From positions 1-35,744 of the forward strand of contig CAXTEW010000001.1 of NCBI GenBank assembly GCA_964243175.1: 35,744 nucleotides of DNA. The letters are read 5' to 3'. The stretch comes from an uncultured Acidobacteriaceae bacterium (GTDB lineage Bacteria; Acidobacteriota; Terriglobia; Terriglobales; Acidobacteriaceae). Made by a program: the position numbers and the translations under genes. Below are positions 19,241 to 27,024 of the stretch, one piece after another. How positions within the stretch are numbered: the first letter of the stretch is position 1; every line of letters begins with the position of its first letter. A model generated the notes under the pieces. It did not search any database and was not told the origin of the DNA. It saw only the letters and a list, made by a program, of their open reading frames with translations.

Positions 19241-21598
19241 CTACCGCTTGAACCGCACCACGATCTCTGTCCCGGCGGGCACTCTCCGCCCGGGCGCCGG
19301 CGCCTGGTCGCGCGCCAGGCCGCTGCCGATTACCTGCACGCCCAGACCTACCAGGCCGGCCTCCTCGGTTGCCGCACGTACTGTCGACCCGGCGAAGTCA
19401 GGCACGGTAACATCCCGCCCGGCAGCCAGCATTACGCTCCTGCCTGGCTGCGCGGCGGATGGATCAGGCAGCGGCGCAGCGGCATCACGCATGTCCCCCT
19501 CATCCGCATGCCCGGCCGGCGCTGGCCGGCGTGTCGCTGTCTCTCCCTCGCCAAGGCCCGGCCCGGCAGTGCCAACCGTGCCAGCCGGCACACCCGCTGC
19601 TGCTGCCTGCTCGTCCGCCGAACCCGCTCCCACACCGGCTATCTCTGCGGGGGCGAGCGGCTTACGCAGCGGGTCATCCGCCGGCAGGTCGTTCACGTCG
19701 CCAAAGAGCGCATTCAGGTCGCCGCTATCTCCCGGCAGCTCTTCATGCTCTGCCAATTTCTGCGTCGCGGCCACTTCCGCCGCGGTTTTCAGCGGCTGAT
19801 CATGCGGCACGCCCAGGTACTCGAGCACCTGCTGCGCCAGCTCCTGGAAGACCGGGGCGCTAGCCTGCGCGCCGTGGTGGCCGCCCTCGGTCGGCGAGTC
19901 AACGATTACCGCGATCGTGACGGCAGGGTTGTTGATAGGAGCGAAGCCGACAAACGAAGCGACATACTTCGTCTTGGAATAGGTATGCGTGCGCACATCG
20001 ATCTTCTGCGCGGTGCCGGTCTTCCCACCGGCGCTGTAGCCGTTGAGCTGCGCCGAGCGGCCGGTTCCATTCAGCACCACGCCCTCCATAAGCTTGCGCA
20101 TCTGGCCTGAAGCCATGGTGCTGATCACGCGGTGCGAACCCGCGGGCAGGGGACTCGGCAGCTCATCATTCGGGTGAAAGGTAGAGGGCAGAAGCCCGGG
20201 ATTGCCCCGCACCTTGTCGGTCGAGCGCAGCACGATATGCGGCGCCAGGTACATGCCGCCATTGGCGATGGTGCTCGCCATGGTGACCAGCTGGATCGGT
20301 GTCACCGCGATCTCCTGTCCCATGGGTATCGAACCGATCGTGGTCGGCTGCCAGCGCTCGGGCGGCTTCAGCAAGCCGCGTGTTTCGCCCGGCAGCTCCA
20401 GGCCGGTACGCTGCCCAAAGCCGTACGCATGGATGTAGGAGTAGAACGTGTCCTTGCCCATGCGCTCCGCGAGCTTGATCGCCGCAACGTCGCTCGACTC
20501 TTCCAGTGCTCGCGCGGTGGTCAGCACGCCGTTGTATTGATCATCGTGCACGGTGCGCCCGGCGACCACAATCCTGCCGCCTTCGCAATCAATCTTCTGC
20601 TCAGGCGTAGTGACATGCTGGTCCAATGCAGCCGAGTAGGTCACCAGCTTGAAGGTCGAGCCAGGCTCGTATACGTCGCTCACGGCATGGTCCCGCAGTA
20701 GTTCGAAGGACGTGTGCTTTACATCATTGGGATTAAACGTTGGCCGGATCGCCAGCGCCAGGATCTGCCCGGTATGCGGGTCCTGGACCACAATCGTCCC
20801 GTTGAGCGGCTTGACCCGCTCCATGGCGTGGTCGAGCGCCTGCTCCGCCATGAACTGGATATTGGCGTCGAGCGTCAATACCATGTTCGCGCCAGGTTCT
20901 GGATCGCGCTCGACCGACTCAAGTACATGCCGCCGCGCATCGAGCGCCGTCAGCATGCGGCCTGGTTCGCCGTGCAGCTCGTGGTCGTAGCGCTGTTCCA
21001 CGCCGCCCAGCCCGTTGTCATCGACGCCGACATAGCCCAGCACCTGCGCGGCGATATCATTCTCCGGGTAGAAGCGCTTGAACTCCTTCTGGAAGTACAC
21101 GCCCTTCAAATGCTGCGCACGAATGGCCTCGATGACATGAGGGTCCTGCTTGCGCGCGATCCATGTAAAGTAGCGCGAGCTGTTGATTCGCTTCAGGATT
21201 TCCGCGGGCTCGGTGAACCTGTCTGCCGGGTCGGTATGGAGCACCCGCGAGAGCGCATCTGCCAGCTCCGGCCGGGACTGCGCGGGGATCTCGCCCGGGA
21301 CTGCGTAGATCGAGTCGACCGATACAGTCATTGCCAGCTCGTGCAGATTGCGGTCGTACAACACTCCGCGTCGTGGCGCGACCTGGAAGGTGCGCTGCTG
21401 CTGCTGGGCGGCGCGCGCAACCCACTCCGGGTTCTTGACCACCTGCAGCCAGAAAAGCCTGCCTGCGATCAGCGCCGCCCACCCGGCGAAGATCGCGATG
21501 ACGAGGAACACACGGAGTCGCTGCATCGGCGTCGCGATATTCGAGGCGACTCTCGGAGCAGAGCCCGGTGCGTGCGCGAAAGAGAACGGCTTCATCAT
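19241..21598 (-). CDS. ftsI: Class B penicillin-binding protein FtsI/PBP3 with C-terminal PASTA domain
   Basis: TM anchor, RRGVLYDRN, RFYP, EPGSTFK, SSD, GKTGTAQK and a C-terminal VPDFAG...QAPAPG PASTA-like repeat. Start uncertain (21643, 21598 or 21526). Confidence 0.93.
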   Translation of the reverse strand: MMKPFSFAHAPGSAPRVASNIATPMQRLRVFLVIAIFAGWAALIAGRLFWLQVVKNPEWVARAAQQQQRTFQVAPRRGVLYDRNLHELAMTVSVDSIYAVPGEIPAQSRPELADALSRVLHTDPADRFTEPAEILKRINSSRYFTWIARKQDPHVIEAIRAQHLKGVYFQKEFKRFYPENDIAAQVLGYVGVDDNGLGGVEQRYDHELHGEPGRMLTALDARRHVLESVERDPEPGANMVLTLDANIQFMAEQALDHAMERVKPLNGTIVVQDPHTGQILALAIRPTFNPNDVKHTSFELLRDHAVSDVYEPGSTFKLVTYSAALDQHVTTPEQKIDCEGGRIVVAGRTVHDDQYNGVLTTARALEESSDVAAIKLAERMGKDTFYSYIHAYGFGQRTGLELPGETRGLLKPPERWQPTTIGSIPMGQEIAVTPIQLVTMASTIANGGMYLAPHIVLRSTDKVRGNPGLLPSTFHPNDELPSPLPAGSHRVISTMASGQMRKLMEGVVLNGTGRSAQLNGYSAGGKTGTAQKIDVRTHTYSKTKYVASFVGFAPINNPAVTIAVIVDSPTEGGHHGAQASAPVFQELAQQVLEYLGVPHDQPLKTAAEVAATQKLAEHEELPGDSGDLNALFGDVNDLPADDPLRKPLAPAEIAGVGAGSADEQAAAAGVPAGTVGTAGPGLGEGETATRRPAPAGHADEGDMRDAAAPLPDPSAAQPGRSVMLAAGRDVTVPDFAGSTVRAATEEAGLVGLGVQVIGSGLARDQAPAPGRRVPAGTEIVVRFKR

Positions 21599-21666
21599 GG
21601 GTGCCAGCAATCGGGCGAGCGGTTCACTTGGTTGCGCCACCAAGCATGTGGTCTACAACAGAAAAC

Positions 21667-22185
21667 TCAGGCCGGCTCATCGGCAGTCGGACCAAACGTA
21701 GCGGGAACGGGATAACCGAGCAGCCGAAGATACACGCCCAGCTGTGCGCGGTGATGGATCATGTGGTTCAACGCCATGTTTCGATAGGCCGTGTAACGTG
21801 TGCCGGAGAAAACCTGCTGCCCTTTGCGCGCTGCTGTCCATGTCTCCCCAAGCGCTGCATCGGTGCTCTGCTTCAGGGCTGCGAGTGCCTTGCTGGCCAG
21901 ATCGTCATACTCGTCGAGCAGCTTCGCCCTGGTGTCCATGCGAAGAATCCTGCGCGGGTCAGAAGGCGTTCCCATATCGATGTAGGGTGTCGTGAGGATG
22001 ACGGCCAGGGTACCGGCCAGCTCTGCCGTGTGCCCTGCAAGCCGGCTCAGCAGCATGGATTTTTCAGCAGACTTGAAGTCGTTGTGGCCGTCCGGGACGT
22101 GCGCAAGCATCTTGCGAGTTTTGGCAAGTTCGGCTTCGAGTTCAGGCAGAAGCATGCGGCAAAGCGAGTTCGAGTCAGGAGACAT
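21667..22185 (-). CDS. DinB/YfiT-family metal-dependent protein
   Basis: LAGHTAE and NHMIHHRAQLGVYLRLLG...P.TFGPTADE; His triad typical of the DinB superfamily. Confidence 0.85.
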   Translation of the reverse strand: MSPDSNSLCRMLLPELEAELAKTRKMLAHVPDGHNDFKSAEKSMLLSRLAGHTAELAGTLAVILTTPYIDMGTPSDPRRILRMDTRAKLLDEYDDLASKALAALKQSTDAALGETWTAARKGQQVFSGTRYTAYRNMALNHMIHHRAQLGVYLRLLGYPVPATFGPTADEPA

Positions 22186-22230
22186 ACAGCCAATCTAAGC
22201 CACGCAGGCTCTTGCTGCATCCAGCGAGAC

Positions 22231-22263
22231 CGGGTGCCCCATGTCTCGCCTTAAGACATGGGG
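22231..22263 (+). repeat. REP-like family B hairpin (GGGTGCCCCAYGTCTCG...GAGACRTGGG)
   Basis: CGGGTGCCCCATGTCTCGCCTTAAGACATGGGG with stem CCCCATGTCT/AGACATGGGG; matches two copies at 25299-25420; directly after the ftsL stop. Confidence 0.8.
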
Positions 22264-22264
22264 C

Positions 22265-22774
22265 CTACCGCCCGATCCTGAACGGCCGCGCTTCGGCCAT
22301 CGCAGTACCCTCGGCAATGGCACCGCCATCGGGCCGTACCACCTGCCCGGGCAGCGGCTGCTGCAGTCCCATCTGGCGGGCCATTCTGTCGATCCTCGCC
22401 GGGTCGCTCAGCTGTGCTTCGCTCAGGCGCAGTTCACGGTTCTGCTCCTGTAACTGTGACAGTTGCTGTTTCTCTGCTTCGACGTGGTAGCCGGACTGGA
22501 TCGACTGGTAATGCTGCCAGCCGTAAAACATGATGAGCGTAAACAACATGGCCATGGCCGTTGCAAACGACTTCATCTCGCGCCGGCGCACCGGGCACTG
22601 GGCCTTGACGAGGCGCGAGTTATCCATGCGCTTGGTGAAGAAGACCTCGGGCGTGGCGCCGCGTCGCGCGCGCTGCTCCGCCATCCATCGCGAGCCATTG
22701 TTTGTGACAGCGGCCACGGTGCTGCCTGCTTCCCGTGCCATGCCGAAGATTTCTGCCAGCGCCTGCGTCGCCAT
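22265..22774 (-). CDS. ftsL: Cell division protein FtsL
   Basis: Single TM helix, leucine-zipper-like segment and LSDPARIDRMARQMGL motif; lies after rsmH. Confidence 0.88.
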   Translation of the reverse strand: MATQALAEIFGMAREAGSTVAAVTNNGSRWMAEQRARRGATPEVFFTKRMDNSRLVKAQCPVRRREMKSFATAMAMLFTLIMFYGWQHYQSIQSGYHVEAEKQQLSQLQEQNRELRLSEAQLSDPARIDRMARQMGLQQPLPGQVVRPDGGAIAEGTAMAEARPFRIGR

Positions 22775-22932
22775 ACTGCACCCTCTTGGTTCTGTTTCTC
22801 GTCCCTGATCTTTTCTTCCCTGCCGAGCGACCGGGCCAGGTCGCTGTGTATGGAAGGGGGTGGTACGCGGTTGGTCCTACGCGGATTTTTCTTTCGCCTT
22901 TATTCGGCAGGACAACCTGGCCCGATCCTTGT

Positions 22933-23895
22933 TCAGCCCCGCGCTTTCAGCTGCGGGACCGCAATCCTTTCCGCCTTCGGCGGTGCAATCTTTTCCGCTG
23001 CCCGCAGCTTCGCACTGCGACTTCGCGGGTTTCTCTGCACTTCTTCCTCGCTCGCCGTCACCGGCTTACGAGTTAACACGTCGTAGATCCCCGCATCGCG
23101 TGCGTCACGAAACGCATCCTTCGCCAGTCGGTCTTCGAGGGAGTGGAATGCGATCACCACGAGGCGTCCCCCGCCCTTCAACAACGCCGGCGCGCTTTCG
23201 AGCAGCGCCTGGATCTCTTCCAACTCGCTATTCACATGAATCCGGAGAGCCTGGAATGTGCGTGTCGCCGGATGAATGCCCTTCTGCCCTTTTGGACCTT
23301 TCATTGTTGGGGCCGCAGCCTTTACTACTTGGGCTAACTGCGCCGTCGTATGTATTGGCCGGGCCCTCACAATGGCTCTGGCGATTCTCCGCGACCTCCT
23401 TTCCTCTCCGAGTTCGTAAATCAGGTTGGCGAGATCGTTTTCGTCCGCCTGATTTACCACTTGTTCGGCTGTCTGGCCCCTGTGCGGGTTCATCCGCATG
23501 TCAAGAGGTCCATCTGCCTGAAAACTAAAACCCCGGTGCGCCTGGTCCAGGTGCATGGAACTGGTGCCAAAGTCCGCCAGTATCCCGTCTGCCTCACCTG
23601 GCTGCACAAACTCCGCTGCCCGGCTGAACTCCGCATGGTGCAGCGTGTATCTCGGCATCGCCGCACCCAGTTCACCGGCCAGCGCATCCAGCCTGGTCCG
23701 TGCCAGCTCCAGCGCCTCCGGGTCCCGATCAAAACCGATCAGGTGACCCTCGCCACCAAGCGCCTTGGCTATCGCACTGGCGTGCCCCGCAAAACCAAGC
23801 GTGCAGTCCACGTACGTGCCGCCCCGGCGCACCGCTAAATACTCAATCGCTTCGTTCCAAAGAACTGGCACATGCCGCTCACCCTGCTCCTGCAT
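22933..23895 (-). CDS. rsmH: 16S rRNA m4C1402 methyltransferase
   Basis: HVPVL, DCTLGFAGH, RGFSF, PLDMRM, HPATRTFQALRI, FHSLEDR and NPRSRSAKLR. Confidence 0.98.
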   Translation of the reverse strand: MQEQGERHVPVLWNEAIEYLAVRRGGTYVDCTLGFAGHASAIAKALGGEGHLIGFDRDPEALELARTRLDALAGELGAAMPRYTLHHAEFSRAAEFVQPGEADGILADFGTSSMHLDQAHRGFSFQADGPLDMRMNPHRGQTAEQVVNQADENDLANLIYELGEERRSRRIARAIVRARPIHTTAQLAQVVKAAAPTMKGPKGQKGIHPATRTFQALRIHVNSELEEIQALLESAPALLKGGGRLVVIAFHSLEDRLAKDAFRDARDAGIYDVLTRKPVTASEEEVQRNPRSRSAKLRAAEKIAPPKAERIAVPQLKARG

Positions 23896-23928
23896 ATGCC
23901 CGACCCCTCGAGGCCTTTCCCGCTTCGC

Positions 23929-24381
23929 TTACAATCCAAACCCTGCCAGCGCCTGTTGGTCGTCCTCGGTCAGAGGATTTGCTTCCATGTTCTGCCGGAA
24001 GCTTTCGTGGTTGGCGACTTCGAGATAGTTCTGCATCCCGAAGACCACCACGTCCCCTGTCACCTTGGCCTGCTCCCGCAGGATCTGCGGCACCAGTACC
24101 CGGCCCTGCTCGTCCATCTTCGCCACCTGCCCGAAATAGTTCAGCCGATCCAAAAGCTTCTTCTTCGCCGGATTGAAGCTGGGTATGGCAGCCAGCTTTG
24201 CTTCGAACTTCTCCCACTCCGGCATGGGGTGGATCTCGGCGACTTTGCCATCCTTGCTGGTGATGTAGAAGAGGACATCCTTCTGCGCACCATACTGTTC
24301 GTCGATCTGCCGCTTGAACTCCGCCGGAAGCTTCAACCGGCCTTTCTCATCGACCCGGGCTGGATGATTGCCGCGATACAT
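23929..24381 (-). CDS. mraZ: Transcriptional regulator MraZ
   Basis: Two DxxGR motifs (VDEKGRLKLP, MDEQGRVLVP); first gene of the dcw cluster. Confidence 0.96.
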   Translation of the reverse strand: MYRGNHPARVDEKGRLKLPAEFKRQIDEQYGAQKDVLFYITSKDGKVAEIHPMPEWEKFEAKLAAIPSFNPAKKKLLDRLNYFGQVAKMDEQGRVLVPQILREQAKVTGDVVVFGMQNYLEVANHESFRQNMEANPLTEDDQQALAGFGL

Positions 24382-24425
24382 TCCCGAGTCAGCCTCGTTT
24401 CATCGGATCAACTACTACCGGGGTG

Positions 24426-24454
24426 ATTGTGCGCTGAGCGTTAGGAGGATGCAA
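24426..24454 (-). promoter_or_regulatory. Putative sigma70 promoter of the dcw operon
   Basis: TTGCAT (24454-24449), 17 nt, CACAAT (24431-24426), 44 nt upstream of the mraZ ATG. Confidence 0.6.
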
Positions 24455-24488
24455 CCCCTTTCCTCCATTTTTAACCACTTTCGACCAC
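24455..24488 (-). promoter_or_regulatory. MraZ operator: four GTGG-like boxes with 10-bp period
   Basis: Minus strand reads GTGGtcgaaa GTGGttaaaa ATGGaggaaa GGGG, directly abutting the -35 element. Confidence 0.8.
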
Positions 24489-24666
24489 AGAGTAACGAAG
24501 AGATTGCGGATCGCAAATGCCTAATGCGCGGCTTTCCTATAACGCGCATTACCAAAGATAGAAATCGGTGGAAGGCCTGTGCAAAACAGAGATCAATTGC
24601 AAATGAACGGTCTCTTTGGCGGTTGGGATCGGCCGAGCAGACGAGTGCAGCGATATGGACGAGCGT

Positions 24667-25191
24667 CTACTGCATTTGCGTTTCTGTTTGCAGGGCAGCG
24701 GCTCGCTCCCGAAGCCTCTTCTGGAGGTAGGCTCCCAGGTAGATCACGACGGCGATGTTCAACATCGTGAAGATCACCTTGGGCCAGTTTGGCCTGCGCA
24801 GGATTTCGAAGAATTCCCAAGGAAGAAAGGATGCCGTGACGAGCAGCGTCAGGTACTCGGCCCAGCCCTTCCCCAGCACCAGCCCTACGCCCTCGAGCAC
24901 ATCGAGCGCTGCGTAGCAGAAGATTCCGGCCGAGATCATGCGCAGCCGGTGAGGGCTGATTAGCGAGATCTTCTCCAGGATGCGATTGACAAAGCGGCTT
25001 TCCGGATCAAAGCGCAGGTCAACGATCCAGTGGGTGACCAGTGAGACCAGGTCGCGGTGAACCAGGTGCAGGGCACCGATGCCGAGCGCGACAAACAGCA
25101 CCGCCTTGAAGAGCTTCGCGATGCCGATGAGGACAAGCCAGCGGTTGGTGCCGGAAAAGAGGCGGTCTGGGAGGACTTTAATCTGCGGCAT
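24667..25191 (-). CDS. DUF2127-like membrane protein
   Basis: LIGIAKLFKAVLF, YAALDVLEGVGL..GKGWAEYLT...FLPWEFFE and NIAVVIYL pattern; four hydrophobic helices. Start uncertain. Confidence 0.8.
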   Translation of the reverse strand: MPQIKVLPDRLFSGTNRWLVLIGIAKLFKAVLFVALGIGALHLVHRDLVSLVTHWIVDLRFDPESRFVNRILEKISLISPHRLRMISAGIFCYAALDVLEGVGLVLGKGWAEYLTLLVTASFLPWEFFEILRRPNWPKVIFTMLNIAVVIYLGAYLQKRLRERAAALQTETQMQ

Positions 25192-25298
25192 GCGTGCGTA
25201 TTCCGGTAACACCCCGGCACTTTCTAGCATACGCAATAAGATTGATCCCGGAAAAGCAAGCCCCCAGGCCACGCGTTCGAGAGCTTGCGCTGGAGGCG

Positions 25299-25420
25299 CG
25301 GTGTCCCATGTCTCGCTTTTGAGCCGTGGGCTCAACCCACCCACAAGGCCCGTTTTGTTCCTCCCAGCCCGACTCCACGAAAGAGGACCCACGTCTCGGA
25401 AGCGAGACGTGGGGCACCCG
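25299..25420. repeat. Inverted pair of REP-like family B copies
   Basis: CGGTGTCCCATGTCTCGCTTTTGAGCCGTGGG (25299-25330, +) and CCCACGTCTCGGAAGCGAGACGTGGGGCACCCG (25388-25420, -). Confidence 0.82.
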
Positions 25421-25588
25421 CGACGCCTCGAGACACCGGCAGTTCCCGGTAAACATCAAGTGGGGAGCGTGTGAATCCGCACGGGAAGAGCCTGCGTCCT
25501 TACACCGAGTCAACAGCCAGGGCCGCACCTGCCCGGTATTTCAATCGATGAACCACTGTTCCCTAGGAACAGAACGAAAGGCAAGAGA

Positions 25589-26146
25589 ATGAAACGCACT
25601 GCACTGTTTTCCGCAACGCTGGCGCTGGCCATGGGCTTCTCGGCCATCGCAGCCGAGGCTCAGAAGGACCCGATGGTCGGTGGTGCTGCCATGTACCCGA
25701 CCAAGAACATCGTCGAAAACGCAATGAATTCAAAAGACCACACCACGCTGGTCTCTGCCGTCAAGGCAGCAGGCCTGGTGGATACGCTCGAGGGAACCGG
25801 GCCATTTACCGTATTCGCGCCGACCAACGAGGCGTTTGACAAGCTGCCCGCAGGCACGGTCGACACCCTGGTGAAGCCCGAGAACAAGGACCAGCTGGTC
25901 AAGATCCTGACCTACCATGTCGTTCCCGGCAAGGTGACCTCGAAGGACCTGATGAAGCTGATCAAGAAGGGCGGCGGCAAGGCTGAGCTGAAGACTGTCC
26001 AGGGCGAAACGCTGACCGCAACCGAGCAGGATGGCAAGATCGTGCTGACGGACCAGAAGGGCGGCACCGCGACAGTGACGATCCCCAACGTGATCCAGTC
26101 GAACGGCGTGATCCACGTGGTCGATGCCGTGCTGATGCCTAACTAA
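25589..26146 (+). CDS. Secreted fasciclin (FAS1) domain protein
   Basis: Signal peptide ending AEA, then GPFTVFAPTNEAF, ILTYHVV and NGVIHVVDAVLMP. Confidence 0.95.
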   Translation: MKRTALFSATLALAMGFSAIAAEAQKDPMVGGAAMYPTKNIVENAMNSKDHTTLVSAVKAAGLVDTLEGTGPFTVFAPTNEAFDKLPAGTVDTLVKPENKDQLVKILTYHVVPGKVTSKDLMKLIKKGGGKAELKTVQGETLTATEQDGKIVLTDQKGGTATVTIPNVIQSNGVIHVVDAVLMPN

Positions 26147-26178
26147 CTACCTTTTGCATCGATAGTTGCCGATCTGCC

Positions 26179-26218
26179 ACAAGGGCGCCCAGGCACTACG
26201 CCGGGCGCCTTTGTTTAT
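26179..26218 (+). terminator. Intrinsic terminator after the fasciclin gene
   Basis: ACAAGGGCGCCC...GGGCGCCTTTGT stem followed by a T-rich tail. Confidence 0.65.
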
Positions 26219-26268
26219 GGCATGGAGGTGCGGGAGTCTGCCGCCCGCCGCTGCGTATGCTGGTCATC

Positions 26269-26805
26269 ATGCGCCACAGATTGCAGATGCAGCAGTGGGT
26301 CCCGTACGCGATCGGCGATGTGTTCAACTTCTTCGCAAATCCTGAGAACCTGCCACCATTGATGCCGCGGTGGCAGGCGGCGCGTATCGATCGCTCCACG
26401 CTGGTAGCGCCGCCCGCGCCCCCTTCCCCACGCGCGGCGCCGACGCCGCCTGCAGGCCGCGCCGCAGGAACCGGCTCACGCATGCTGATCAGCTTCCGGC
26501 TGGTGCCGCTGCTGCCGCTGCGCAAGAGCTGGGACGCGCGCATTGGCGAGTTTGCCTGGGACGATCACTTCTGCGATGACCAGCTTACAGGGCCATTCGC
26601 GTACTGGCACCACTGCCATCACGTGCGCGCGGAGGTGCGCGACGGCGTTGCAGGGACCTCTGTCACGGATGATGTGACCTATGCGTTTCCTTTCGGGCCG
26701 CTGGGGGACCTGGCTTACCTGTTCGGCGGCGCGCTGCAGGTCCGGTCGCTGTTCCGTTACCGGCAGCGGCAGTTGCTGAAGCTGCTGCCGGCTTCGCTGC
26801 GGTAG
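26269..26805 (+). CDS. SRPBCC-family ligand-binding protein
   Basis: VFNFFANPENL..LMP, W.ARI, F.D.Q..GPFAYWHH.H and LFRYRQ pattern of the SRPBCC superfamily. Confidence 0.82.
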   Translation: MRHRLQMQQWVPYAIGDVFNFFANPENLPPLMPRWQAARIDRSTLVAPPAPPSPRAAPTPPAGRAAGTGSRMLISFRLVPLLPLRKSWDARIGEFAWDDHFCDDQLTGPFAYWHHCHHVRAEVRDGVAGTSVTDDVTYAFPFGPLGDLAYLFGGALQVRSLFRYRQRQLLKLLPASLR

Positions 26806-26833
26806 GTTGCCGGGTCTTCCTGGTTCGAAGGGA

Positions 26834-26932
26834 AAAGCAGATCCTTCGGCTTCGCTCAGGATGACCCGGTTGTGGTTCGAGACTGAGCGGCTCGAGGTCA
26901 ACCGCAGGTCCTTTGGCTTCGCTCAGGATGAC
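26834..26932 (-). repeat. Two tandem REP-like family A copies
   Basis: AAAGCAGATCCTTCGGCTTCGCTCAGGATGAC (26834-26865) and GCAGGTCCTTTGGCTTCGCTCAGGATGAC (26904-26932), between convergent SRPBCC and dxs genes. Confidence 0.9.
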
Positions 26933-27024
26933 CCATGGAGTGGGGAGGCGTGGCGTGGCGTGCCGGGCAGCGGGCGGCGGGTGGCGGGCGGCGAGTGATG
27001 GATCAGCTGAGCGGGTTTGTGGAA

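Noticed and set aside
20488-20500. FtsI second motif reads SSD rather than SxN
   Set aside because: SxD is a known variant in class B PBPs and the other motifs are intact; no evidence of inactivation.
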